The position numbers and the translations under genes are program-made. The notes under the pieces are model-generated. The model had not been told where the DNA came from and did not search any database. It saw nothing but the letters and a program-made list of their open reading frames with translations. Shown here piece after piece: positions 23,434 to 32,342 of a stretch of 64,000 bases of DNA. How positions within the stretch are numbered: the first letter of the stretch is position 1; each line of letters starts with the position of its first letter. Source of the DNA: a virus; IMG/VR virus record IMGVR_UViG_3300045988_075875. One strand, given 5' to 3'.

Positions 23434-23610
23434 ATGTCTGCCGCAAAGCTGGGCCGTCCCACAGACAACCCTCGCCCTCACAAAATCAGCATCCGTATCA
23501 ATGACCGCAGCCAGCAGATTTTAGAAGCCTACTGCCGGGAGCAGAACGTCACGAAAACGGAAGCCATTGAGCGCGGGATCACCCTGCTGGCGACCGCCAA
23601 ACCGATATAA
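23434..23610 (+). CDS. ribbon-helix-helix (CopG/Arc-like) DNA-binding protein
   Basis: MSAAKLGRPTDNPRPHKISIRINDRSQQILEAYCREQNVTKTEAIERGITLL; likely autoregulator of the operator repeats. Confidence 0.6.
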   Translation: MSAAKLGRPTDNPRPHKISIRINDRSQQILEAYCREQNVTKTEAIERGITLLATAKPI

Positions 23611-23796
23611 AATTTCCCCATGCTGCTCTATCTTGCCGGACGGACAGCATGAGGAAAACGGCAAATATCCGCAGGGACTCGCCAAATTCATTATGGCGCG
23701 GGCCTTGTGAAAAGTCAAGTATTCTGTCAAAAAGCCCCTTGTCAGCGGCTGGTACAATAAAGATAGAATACTGGAAAGATCAAGGAGGAATCCCCA

Positions 23797-24876
23797 ATGC
23801 TCAAGAGTTACTATTTCGACGCGGCGGCCCACGAACCGCCTTCCCCTGCCGCGATCAAGGCGTTCACCCGCGCCCTGCCCCTTGGCAACCCAAGCGCCCT
23901 TCACGCCTGCGGCGTTGCCGCAAAGATCGCCTTGGAGGAAGCCCGCGCCTCCATCGCCCAGGACCTGAACTGTCTCCCGGAGGAAGTTTACTTCACCAGC
24001 GGAGCAACGGAAGCCTGCAACTGGATGATGAAAAGTCTGAGTGCCTACACCGGCAAGCTGGACTTCCCCCGCCATTACGAGCACCACTCCGTTTTGGAAT
24101 ATCCCCCCGTGGATCATCCCCACCGCACAGACCGCACCGGCTTCACCCACATGATGGCCAATAACGAGACCGGCGAGACTTACGACATTCTCTCCAGACG
24201 GCGAAACGCCCCCAACGCCCTGTTCGCCTGTGACGCGACGGCGGCGGTCGGCCAGATCCCCGTGGACTTCAAGGCCCTTGGCGTGGACTATCTGGCTTTC
24301 GGCGCTCACAAGTTCGGCGGCATCTCCGGCATCGGCTGTCTGATCGTCAAGAAAGACACGCCCCTGATTTCCATGATTCGCGGCGGAGATCAGGAGTGGG
24401 GCAAGCGCGGCGGCACCGAAAGCGTGGCCCTCGCCTGCGCCATGGCAGCGGCCCTCCATGAGCGCATGGACAATATGCTCTCCAACATGAAGCGGATCGC
24501 CCGTTGCCGCGACCTGCTGATTTCCTATTTGTTGAGGTTCGTCCCGGATACCTATGTCAACGGCCCCTATACCCCCGGTGACGTGCTCCTCCGTCTCCCC
24601 GGAAACGCCAACCTCTCTTTCCTTGGCGTGGAATCGCAGGCCCTTGTCATGGCCCTGTCTGCGGAGGGCGTGTACGCTTCCTCCGGCTCCGCCTGTACCA
24701 GCGGGGAGGCTGACGGAAGCTATGTCCTCCGGGCCATGGGCTACCCCGCCAACCGCGCCCGCTCCGCCGTCCGTTTCACTCTCCCCTATACCGTCACCGA
24801 GGATGATATTCTGGGCGCCGTCCCTCTGATCGTCAGCGCCGTGGAAAATCTCCGCCGCCTGACCCCTACCCCCTGA
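23797..24876 (+). CDS. cysteine desulfurase (NifS/IscS-like class V aminotransferase)
   Basis: 359 aa; PLP-lysine context AFGAHKFGGISGIGCLIV; catalytic Cys loop SSGSACTSG; AAGGAGG RBS. Confidence 0.8.
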   Translation: MLKSYYFDAAAHEPPSPAAIKAFTRALPLGNPSALHACGVAAKIALEEARASIAQDLNCLPEEVYFTSGATEACNWMMKSLSAYTGKLDFPRHYEHHSVLEYPPVDHPHRTDRTGFTHMMANNETGETYDILSRRRNAPNALFACDATAAVGQIPVDFKALGVDYLAFGAHKFGGISGIGCLIVKKDTPLISMIRGGDQEWGKRGGTESVALACAMAAALHERMDNMLSNMKRIARCRDLLISYLLRFVPDTYVNGPYTPGDVLLRLPGNANLSFLGVESQALVMALSAEGVYASSGSACTSGEADGSYVLRAMGYPANRARSAVRFTLPYTVTEDDILGAVPLIVSAVENLRRLTPTP

Positions 24877-24909
24877 TACCCGCCTGTTTAACTGGAAAGG
24901 ACTGATTTT

Positions 24910-25917
24910 ATGGGAAGAACCTCTGCGCAGGAGCGCCGGGTCATGTCGGCCTTAGACTCATGGCTCCGCAACGTGCAGGCCAGCGGCGCGGCGGAACGCA
25001 CCGTCACCGCCTACGCTGCCGTCACAAACAGCTTTTATTCCTTCCTCGTGGAAAGCGGCCTTTCCACCGAGGAACCCACCTTCACCACCATGCAAGCCTA
25101 CCGGGATCACCTCTTTGACCGTGGCCTCTCCCCTGTCTCCGTCCGGTATCATCTGGTGGTCCTCCGCTCCTTCTTCACCTACGCCAGCTCCCCCGAACTG
25201 GGCGAGGATCGCTTTTATGAGCAAAACCCTGTTTCCCTCTACCTGATGCCCTCCCTCCGCAAATTGGGAAAGCGCCCCTATGACGTGCTGCTCACCGATG
25301 AGCAGGTCTGCAAGCTCTGGAGGGATTCCCCAGTCCGCACCACCCACCCGGAGAACTGGCCCCGGAATTACGCCATCGTGATCCTGCTGCTGACCACCGA
25401 GCTGCGCAACGCCGAACTGCGGGCCTTGACCCCGGCGGACATCGACTTGGAGGAAGCCGCCCTCCGTGTGGAACACGGCAAGGGCGATAAATTCCGGGTG
25501 GTGGACCTGCCAGACATCGCCGTGATTGCCCTCCGCCATTACATTGCCAGCGGCATCCGCCCGGATGATCTCCCGGATACCGCCCCCCTGTTCGGCACCC
25601 TCCGTTCCGGGGAATGGAAGGCCGGCACAAAACAGTGGCTTTCGGAGCTGGTGGAGCGTCACGTCCGTTCCGTCACCGGCGTTCCGGACATCCGCAGCCA
25701 CGATCTCCGCCATGTCGGCTCCCGCTTGGATCTCAACTCCGGTATGCCCGAAAACGAACTGCAAGCCAAATTGGGCCATGCCAGTCCCGTCACCACCCAG
25801 CGTTATTCCGGGCGGCTCATGGACCGTTCCGGCCGGAAAAGCGCCAAGAAGGTCTTTGCCGAACGGGACTTGCAAGCCAAGCGCAGTGCCGACAAACTTG
25901 CCTCCTTTTCCGCCTGA
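24910..25917 (+). CDS. tyrosine recombinase, XerC/XerD-like
   Basis: 335 aa; N-terminal SAM-like core-binding domain, LLLTTELRNAE, HDLRHVGS, LGHASPVTTQRY. Confidence 0.8.
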   Translation: MGRTSAQERRVMSALDSWLRNVQASGAAERTVTAYAAVTNSFYSFLVESGLSTEEPTFTTMQAYRDHLFDRGLSPVSVRYHLVVLRSFFTYASSPELGEDRFYEQNPVSLYLMPSLRKLGKRPYDVLLTDEQVCKLWRDSPVRTTHPENWPRNYAIVILLLTTELRNAELRALTPADIDLEEAALRVEHGKGDKFRVVDLPDIAVIALRHYIASGIRPDDLPDTAPLFGTLRSGEWKAGTKQWLSELVERHVRSVTGVPDIRSHDLRHVGSRLDLNSGMPENELQAKLGHASPVTTQRYSGRLMDRSGRKSAKKVFAERDLQAKRSADKLASFSA

Positions 25918-26018
25918 TCCCTCAACATTTACCCTGAAATCAAAACACACGTCCGTGCGTTACTTCGCATGGGCGTGTGTTTTTATCGTGCGTTTTACGA
26001 AAGAAAGGACAATTTACT

Positions 26019-26666
26019 ATGATTTACGGCTATATCCGCGTCTCCACCGACAAGCAGACCTTGGAAAATCAGCGCCATATCATCCTCAATTACTGTGAAG
26101 TAAATGAGCTCCACATAGACGGCTGGATCGAGGAAACCATCTCCGGCACCAAGGCCCCGGACAAACGAAAGCTGGGCCAGCTTCTCCGCCATGTCCAGCC
26201 GGGAGACACCATCCTCTGTTCCGAGATTTCCCGCCTTGGCCGCAGCCTGTTTATGGTCATGTCCATCCTCTCCCTCTGCATGAGCAAGCGCGTCAGTGTC
26301 CACACCATCAAGGACGGCTTTGACCTCAGTGACGATCTCCAATCCAAGGTTCTTGCCTTTGCCTTTGCCCTTGCCGCCGAGATCGAGCGTCAGATGATCT
26401 CCCAGCGGACGCGGGAAGCGCTGGACCTCCGCCGCAGTCAGGGCGTCACCCTTGGCCGTCCAAAGGGTGCTTTGGGCAAGCACACCAAACTCTCCGACTA
26501 TGAATCCACCATCCGCGTTCTGATCGAGCAGGACAATTCCTATGCGGAGCTGGCTCGATTGTTCCATGTGGACCGTTCCACCATGAAACGCTTCTGCGAT
26601 GCGCGGGACATCAAACGCCCCTTTTCCCGCAGCGCCGCCGGTTTCATTTCCAACGTTGCGGGATAA
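26019..26666 (+). CDS. small serine recombinase (resolvase/invertase family, Hin/Gin/Cin-like)
   Basis: Start ATG 26019: MIYGYIRVSTDKQTLENQ (catalytic Ser), SEISRLGRS, C-terminal HTH YAELARLFHVDRSTMKRF; 215 aa is too small for a large serine integrase. Confidence 0.85.
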   Translation: MIYGYIRVSTDKQTLENQRHIILNYCEVNELHIDGWIEETISGTKAPDKRKLGQLLRHVQPGDTILCSEISRLGRSLFMVMSILSLCMSKRVSVHTIKDGFDLSDDLQSKVLAFAFALAAEIERQMISQRTREALDLRRSQGVTLGRPKGALGKHTKLSDYESTIRVLIEQDNSYAELARLFHVDRSTMKRFCDARDIKRPFSRSAAGFISNVAG

Positions 26667-26900
26667 CCCCCTCTATTTCGCCCGGAAACGCCCTCAGACG
26701 CGCTCCACCGCTTTCCTATCACTCCGTATACCGCCTGACCCGTCCTCGCGTTCCTGTGCCCCTCCCTGTCCGCCGCCGTTGCCATTTATAGGCTGTTTGG
26801 ACGCAACAGTTGATGGAAAAAGTTTTCTGCCTGCCGCCGGATTTCACGCTTTTTCGGCACGGCGGCTGTGGTACACTGACCGTAGAAAGGAGGAGACGAT

Positions 26901-27038
26901 ATGGAGCATCTGGACCCGGAATACCTCTGCCTGTTTCACGCCATTACGGAGACCATTGAAGAACTGGAACGGTTAAAAGCAGACCTGATGGCCGCACAGC
27001 GCAGAGCGGAAGCCCTGTACGTGGAGCGCACGGATTGA
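26901..27038 (+). CDS. small hypothetical protein (45 aa)
   Basis: Hand-found, strong RBS GAAAGGAGGAG; MEHLDPEYLCLFHAITETIEELERLKADLMAAQRRAEALYVERTD. Confidence 0.45.
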   Translation: MEHLDPEYLCLFHAITETIEELERLKADLMAAQRRAEALYVERTD

Positions 27039-27055
27039 CCGTGCGTTCCTTTTTT
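27027..27055 (+). terminator. intrinsic terminator just outside the left inversion-site candidate
   Basis: CGCACGG-attga-CCGTGCG then TTCCTTTTTT. Confidence 0.7.
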
Positions 27056-27070
27056 ACGTTGCGTCCAATT

Positions 27071-27084
27071 GGCCGATAGTTTGG
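27071..27084 (+). repeat. left copy of 14-bp inverted repeat GGCCGATAGTTTGG (candidate inversion crossover site)
   Basis: Perfect reverse complement at 28869-28882; each copy sits just upstream of the RBS of a tail-fibre gene. Confidence 0.6.
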
Positions 27085-27105
27085 CCGGGAAGGAGCGTGG
27101 CTGAT

Positions 27106-27798
27106 ATGGCATATACACCGACAGTCTGGAAGAATGGAGAATTTCCTCCGATTGACGCGGAGCACCTCAACAAGATCGAGCAGGGCATTGCCAACTCTGC
27201 CCCTGGCGGGTTTGGGTTGGGAGAGTTAAGTGGACGGACGGCCAATAGTTTTTCTGATATAACTGGCTATGGATTCTATCGGATTCCAACTGAAAGTGGT
27301 TTTGCTCCAGACACATCGACGAACTGGGGGGGCGTCTATATTGGGGCAAGTCTATCGTATGGAACCCTGCTGTATGCACGGAATAGCGCATTGATGGCCG
27401 TAAGAGAGGTTTCTGGTGGTGAAGTCGGCCCAATTGAATGGATCAATCCTCCCATGCAGTTAGGCGTAGAGTACCGCACCACGGAGCGGTATCTTGGCAA
27501 GCCGGTTTATGTGAAAACGATAAACATGGGGAATCTCCCGGGCAATGCCGTAAAGCAGTCCAGTTTCCAGTCGAACAATGTTGTTGATAAAATCGTATCC
27601 GTAACCGGGCAATGCACTTCCGACTCAGGCGTGAACATGTCCTTGCCTTACCACGCAGGGTCTGGTCCGAACTGGAATACCGTAATTCTTATTGGCGCGA
27701 CAGGGGTAGGAACAGCTCAAATTGTCACATTTGCTGAAGATTTTGCCGGTTATACAGATGCCTGTATCACGGTAAAATACACCAAGTTGGCAGATTAA
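27106..27798 (+). CDS. tail fibre / receptor-binding protein, variant A (currently not joined to late operon)
   Basis: ATG 27106 (AAGGAG RBS): MAYTPTVWKNGEFPPIDAEHLNKIEQGIANS parallels variant B N-terminus; C-terminus unrelated. Confidence 0.7.
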   Translation: MAYTPTVWKNGEFPPIDAEHLNKIEQGIANSAPGGFGLGELSGRTANSFSDITGYGFYRIPTESGFAPDTSTNWGGVYIGASLSYGTLLYARNSALMAVREVSGGEVGPIEWINPPMQLGVEYRTTERYLGKPVYVKTINMGNLPGNAVKQSSFQSNNVVDKIVSVTGQCTSDSGVNMSLPYHAGSGPNWNTVILIGATGVGTAQIVTFAEDFAGYTDACITVKYTKLAD

Positions 27799-27810
27799 AG
27801 GGGTGGCTCT

Positions 27811-27900
27811 ATGGAAAACACCTGCGTATGCTGCGGAGCCATCATCCCCGAAGGCTTACAGGTCTGTCCGATCTGTCAACGAACGTGGCCCACATTTTGA
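27811..27900 (+). CDS. 29-aa Cys4 zinc-ribbon mini-protein A
   Basis: MENTCVCCGAIIPEGLQVCPICQRTWPTF; homologous mirror copy on minus strand. Confidence 0.5.
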   Translation: MENTCVCCGAIIPEGLQVCPICQRTWPTF

Positions 27901-27933
27901 AAAGCCGGAGGGAAATCCCCTCCGGCTTTTTTT
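27901..27933. terminator. bidirectional terminator at the centre of the convergent fibre cassettes
   Basis: AGCCGGAGGG-aaatc-CCCTCCGGCT then TTTTTTT. Confidence 0.8.
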
Positions 27934-28019
27934 CAGAACTCCGGCCACCGTCTCTCACACTGAGGACACACCTGACGGCCTTCGGGGATGATAGCCCCAC
28001 AACAGATGCAAGTGTTCAC
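27933..28019 (-). CDS. 28-aa Cys4 zinc-ribbon mini-protein B
   Basis: GTG start overlapping fibre B stop (GTGTGA): (M)NTCICCGAIIPEGRQVCPQCERRWPEF. Confidence 0.5.
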   Translation of the reverse strand: MNTCICCGAIIPEGRQVCPQCERRWPEF

Positions 28020-28858
28020 ACCAATGCACCGTCCATGAAAATGATGCCGCCGTAGTCCTTTTTATACTTAGTTGTACCGTCAATCGTGCAGTTATAGCCA
28101 ACAACAATTCCACCAAACCCGGAACTGGAGGAACCCGAATTGATCGCAACCGCATTATTCGTTCCGCTTACACGTCCACAGTATAGCGTTGTGCCGTCTG
28201 CGGAGATGCCTGCTTTGCTTTTATCAGAAACTTCTGAATAGTAGATGCTTGCCCATGTGCATGAATCAAACCACACCCCAAAGACGGCCATAGTGCCAAC
28301 TAAGGCGACATCATAAACCTGGATACCATGTACATGCAAAGCCGCTACGTTAGAACCGGAAGTTGCCCCTTTGATCGTGAATTTGCTGATCAGAACGAAG
28401 CACATACACGATGAGACTTCGATGCCACCAGTAACAATTGTGCTTTCACGATCCTCGCCTATGATGGAAATGGCGTAATGATTCAGGTAGCCAGTCCCGA
28501 AAAAACCGGCGATTTTAAATCCGGCATATTCACCAGCGGCGACACTGATTTTAATTTCGCTTGCCCCAAGATTTTTTGGCAAAGAATCAATGGCCCTCTG
28601 AACCTGGCGGAACGGCTTGCTCTGGCTGCCATCACCGGTGTTATCGTTCCCGCTGGGGGAAACATAAATGGTTTTGAACGCATTCAAGCCTATTTGTTCC
28701 GCCCCGATGTTCGTCCGGGCCTGCGACTGTTGTTCGGAACTGAGCGTCTGCGGCGTAACGCTGACCGCATCCGCAATCCCCTGTTCGATTTTATTCAGAT
28801 GGTCGGCGTCCAGCGCCGGGGCCTGACCGTTGACCCACACGGTTTTCTCGTATGCCAT
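28016..28858 (-). CDS. tail fibre / receptor-binding protein, variant B (in expressed orientation), beta-helix-like C-terminal part
   Basis: 280 aa; MAYEKTVWVNGQAPALDADHLNKIEQGIADA; GGAGG RBS; last gene of late operon. Confidence 0.75.
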   Translation of the reverse strand: MAYEKTVWVNGQAPALDADHLNKIEQGIADAVSVTPQTLSSEQQSQARTNIGAEQIGLNAFKTIYVSPSGNDNTGDGSQSKPFRQVQRAIDSLPKNLGASEIKISVAAGEYAGFKIAGFFGTGYLNHYAISIIGEDRESTIVTGGIEVSSCMCFVLISKFTIKGATSGSNVAALHVHGIQVYDVALVGTMAVFGVWFDSCTWASIYYSEVSDKSKAGISADGTTLYCGRVSGTNNAVAINSGSSSSGFGGIVVGYNCTIDGTTKYKKDYGGIIFMDGALV

Positions 28859-28868
28859 TACACCACCT

Positions 28869-28882
28869 CCAAACTATCGGCC
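28869..28882 (-). repeat. right copy of 14-bp inverted repeat (CCAAACTATCGGCC on plus strand)
   Basis: See 27071-27084. Confidence 0.6.
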
Positions 28883-28954
28883 GTTTTTCCGCAACAAATC
28901 TTCTTCATAAAAGTCCTCCTTTTGATCCGGTGCCCTTTTGGGCTGCTTCACTGT

Positions 28955-30211
28955 TCAGGTGGGCCACCCCGTCACGGTGGCTGTGGGGAAATCCTGGACC
29001 GACACGGCGGAAATCTGCATGGGGCCGCTCCATGTCAGGGGCCTTGTGAACCCCTGTACCAGATGCCGCTCCACCGGAGACCCCGCCTTGTCGCTCCGCA
29101 CAATGGAGATCAGTTCGTTCTCGTTCAGGTGCATGATCTGGCTGCACGAAACCGAGACGGACTTTTGCAGTGCCGCGGACCGTTTCAGCTTCCACACAGC
29201 CAAGTCCTCGCACTGTCTTTTCGTGGAATATCCCGCCGCCCGGTAGCGCACGGTTTTGCGCCCAATCCGACTTACATTCGTGCTGCTGGCCGGGTCCAGA
29301 TTCTGTGCCCGCGCCGCCACCTGCGCACTGTTGTTCACGGCTTCCCCAATCACGATGAAATCGTTGTACACCTCCGTGTTCTTCTCCGTGTACTCCGTCC
29401 CCAGCAGCTCCGCCTCGCTTTGGGAGAACTGCCACGCCAGCGGCTTGTCGCTGTCCAGAATGTCATCCTGAGAGGGATCGATCCGCAGTGCGCCGGACGC
29501 ATCGTACCCGATCCACGCCGCCAGCATTTCCGCAAGGCCGAGGCACACGTCCGCATAGCTTCCGTTTTCGCTGTCCACCCGCAGGGTGTAGGGTGCGTCC
29601 GTCAGCTTGAACACAGACCCGTCCGCCAGCTGCTGAGTCTTGCCGTTGTAATATTCCGTAAATACCGGGGGCACGTTGTCCACCAGATCCCCGTTCCCCC
29701 GGTCCAGCTTCAGCAGGGCGGCGATGGGGTCAAAGACGTTGGTCCCTGCCTTTACCTCGTAGGTGCTTTCCAGATAGCCGAAAAGTGTTCCGTCCAGGTC
29801 CGACCATTTGTCCACCAGGTTGTACTGCGCCGTCCGCTTGGCCGGTTCCAGCGTCTCCACAGGGTCCTTCACCAGAAAGACCCCCTGTTGGATGTAAAAG
29901 TCCGTGCCGTCGCTGAGCACAAGCCCCTCGTCCAGTGCGATCCGGTTCCCGAACCACACCCGGTTGATGTTGTAATCGAACGTGCCGTCCAGATTCGCCA
30001 GTGTCACCGAGGCCGTCCGCCGCTGGCCGTTGTTCAGATTCACAGACAGGCTTCCGTCCGCGATAAATGCCCCGGCAAAGCGCCCCGTTGGGTTGTTGTC
30101 CAGTGCGAAAGCCGTGGAGCCGTCCGGCTGTAAAAACCGCAGACGGCACAGCTTGGTAAAAGGCCGGCGCAGCATTTTGCGGTAATCGTTCATCCGTTCC
30201 GCTTGGGTCAT
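28955..30211 (-). CDS. tail tip / baseplate hub-like protein (Tal/gpD-like by position)
   Basis: 418 aa, GGAGG RBS, second gene downstream of the tape measure gene. Confidence 0.45.
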   Translation of the reverse strand: MTQAERMNDYRKMLRRPFTKLCRLRFLQPDGSTAFALDNNPTGRFAGAFIADGSLSVNLNNGQRRTASVTLANLDGTFDYNINRVWFGNRIALDEGLVLSDGTDFYIQQGVFLVKDPVETLEPAKRTAQYNLVDKWSDLDGTLFGYLESTYEVKAGTNVFDPIAALLKLDRGNGDLVDNVPPVFTEYYNGKTQQLADGSVFKLTDAPYTLRVDSENGSYADVCLGLAEMLAAWIGYDASGALRIDPSQDDILDSDKPLAWQFSQSEAELLGTEYTEKNTEVYNDFIVIGEAVNNSAQVAARAQNLDPASSTNVSRIGRKTVRYRAAGYSTKRQCEDLAVWKLKRSAALQKSVSVSCSQIMHLNENELISIVRSDKAGSPVERHLVQGFTRPLTWSGPMQISAVSVQDFPTATVTGWPT

Positions 30212-30229
30212 CTCTGCATCGCCTCCATC

Positions 30230-32329
30230 TTATGCAAATAAAGCGTCGCTGGATATGAGCAGGATACGCGCCCCGTCTGCGGAGCCGATCTCCACCCACG
30301 GCAGCGTTACCGTCTGCACCTGCTGTCGGCTTCCGTCCATGGTGCTCATGGAAATGGCACCGCCTGCCCGGATCTGCCACAGGTCTCCCCGCCTGTCTTT
30401 CAGAAACAGAGTGTCCTGCGTGGCTGAGAGGGCGTACACGGCGTCCCGCACCTCGTTGGTATCCGTATACTCCCCGTTCTCAAGAACGCGCCCTATGGCC
30501 GCTGAGAGCGTCCCGGAGCGGTAATCGCTGGGGGAACTTTGTACCGTTGGATACCGGGTGAAGTTGCTCAGTATGCCGGGGCTGTTGTTGTTGCTGATCC
30601 CGCCGCTGGCCACATTCAGGCTGAATCGGAAGATCGCCGCCGGGTGATAGGCGCCCTCTGCGTCCTTGGTGCATTGCAGGACCGTCCAGTCCCAGAAGAT
30701 GGGCGTCACCGCGTCGGAGATCAGGGCGTTGGTCACGATAACGTCCGCGCCGTTCGTGTTTTTGCCGAGGCCGAACATATAGTAGCGGTATGTCTCCTGC
30801 GATACCGCCTTGCAGTCCCAGATAGCCCGCTCCGAAAGGGGCATCTGCGCCACAGGTTCCAGCGTGGCGTCTCCCTCGTGGTAGCGGTAAATGGCAAAGC
30901 CCGTCAGCGTCCCGGCAAAGGTCAGGTTGCCCGCCTGTAAGCCGCCACCGGCGAAATCCGTCTGAAACAGCGTGTTTCCGGAAAATGCTCCCGGTGTCCA
31001 CCCTTCCAAACTCAGGATCTGAGACAAAATGCTTTCGTCCAGTGTCTCCCCCGTCACCCACAGATAGTCACAGGTCTGAACGCCGCCCAGCGTCAAAGAT
31101 GTGATGGGTTTCCCCGTCAGGTCTGCCCCGCCGGTAAAGACCCGCAGTTCTTCGCGCTCCTGAATGGGAAACAGCTTGACGGACGGGAACAGGGTGGTCA
31201 GGGGATAAATGCCGCCCGCCAGCGTGATCTGCCGCAGATAGACGTTCCCGTTTGCGATCGCCACCGTAAACCGGTCTGTCTCCCGCAGCCACGGGAGGGC
31301 CTGACTCCAAACCGTGCTGCCCCCCACCGTCAGTTTGCCGCCGTTTTTGCCCAGCGAAAGCACTGCCGAGGTCTCCCCCATGCCGACGGTCACAATGGGG
31401 TTGTCGCGGCTCACGTCCACTGTCCCGCTCCACACAAGGCTCCACGGCTGCGGGTAGTTCATGGGCTGTCCCGTCACCTCGTTCCATGTGACGCTGCCGT
31501 CGCTTCCGATGTTCAGTTTGCCCCCGGAGATCTCCGTACTGCCCGCCGCAGTTCCGGGGATGGAGTACAGCCCCGGCCAGCTTACCCGGATGCCGGACTG
31601 CTTGCAGTTGGGACACGCCACCACAGCGCCGGAGACCTCCGTGGTATCGTAGGCCACCCGGAAGCTCACCCAGCCGGTGTCTGCCTGAACGCCGTTTTCC
31701 GTCTGCACCTGACAGCGGACGGCGTAATCCGTGTCAGAAAACAGGCCGTCATATTCCATCCGCAGTTCCGCCGTGCCATAAATGCGCCCGCTGTCATAGA
31801 GGATTGCTTTGTTGTTCCCGGCCCGCAGCATCCACCGCACCCAGTTCAGCGTGTCCCCCTGCGCCTGCGTGTAGGCCGCCGTAAAGGCGTACTTCCGCAC
31901 CGTCAGAGGCGAGGGGATGGCGGCCACGGTCAAAACCGGGGCCGTCCGGGTGAGAAAGACCGATGCGCTCCGCTGGGTCACGCTCTCCGCGTCGGTCGCC
32001 CCCCACCACTGCCGGATCAGCAGCTTGTACTGCTGTCCGTTTACCATCCCGGCTCCGCTCAGTGCGCTGGCCGGAATGGTGTAGGTGAATAGCAAGGTGT
32101 TCCCCGCGTAGTCCGTCCCGTAGAAAGGGCACCCCGCCGTCAGTTTTCCGGTGGAATATACCTGCGTGGACGCCGCATCGTTTTTGCAGATCGTCAGGGA
32201 AAACGCGGTCATAGCGGAGTTGCCGTTCACCTGCCAACTCACCGCCAGCGGCTTTGTAATGTCAACCGTGCCGTTTCCCAGTTCCCCAAGGGACGAGGGA
32301 TAAATATTCGTTGGTTGGAATAACGCCAT
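30230..32329 (-). CDS. distal tail protein-like structural protein
   Basis: 699 aa, GGGAGG RBS, immediately downstream of tape measure gene. Confidence 0.45.
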   Translation of the reverse strand: MALFQPTNIYPSSLGELGNGTVDITKPLAVSWQVNGNSAMTAFSLTICKNDAASTQVYSTGKLTAGCPFYGTDYAGNTLLFTYTIPASALSGAGMVNGQQYKLLIRQWWGATDAESVTQRSASVFLTRTAPVLTVAAIPSPLTVRKYAFTAAYTQAQGDTLNWVRWMLRAGNNKAILYDSGRIYGTAELRMEYDGLFSDTDYAVRCQVQTENGVQADTGWVSFRVAYDTTEVSGAVVACPNCKQSGIRVSWPGLYSIPGTAAGSTEISGGKLNIGSDGSVTWNEVTGQPMNYPQPWSLVWSGTVDVSRDNPIVTVGMGETSAVLSLGKNGGKLTVGGSTVWSQALPWLRETDRFTVAIANGNVYLRQITLAGGIYPLTTLFPSVKLFPIQEREELRVFTGGADLTGKPITSLTLGGVQTCDYLWVTGETLDESILSQILSLEGWTPGAFSGNTLFQTDFAGGGLQAGNLTFAGTLTGFAIYRYHEGDATLEPVAQMPLSERAIWDCKAVSQETYRYYMFGLGKNTNGADVIVTNALISDAVTPIFWDWTVLQCTKDAEGAYHPAAIFRFSLNVASGGISNNNSPGILSNFTRYPTVQSSPSDYRSGTLSAAIGRVLENGEYTDTNEVRDAVYALSATQDTLFLKDRRGDLWQIRAGGAISMSTMDGSRQQVQTVTLPWVEIGSADGARILLISSDALFA

Positions 32330-32342
32330 GCGCCCGCCTCCC

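Noticed and set aside
23521-25950. Minus-strand ORFs 23521..24459 (312 aa) and 24958..25950 (330 aa)
   Set aside because: They are shadow frames of the cysteine desulfurase and Xer-like genes. Those plus-strand products carry clear catalytic motifs.
27106-27200. Conserved fibre N-terminal coding region as the inversion crossover site (Mu G-segment style)
   Set aside because: The nucleotide identity between the two N-terminal regions is only roughly 70% with no long exact run. The exact 14-bp inverted repeats lie upstream of both RBSs instead.
28478-30133. 551-aa plus-strand ORF across the fibre B and Tal-like genes
   Set aside because: It is antisense to two RBS-supported late genes, and the translation is Arg/Pro/His-rich.
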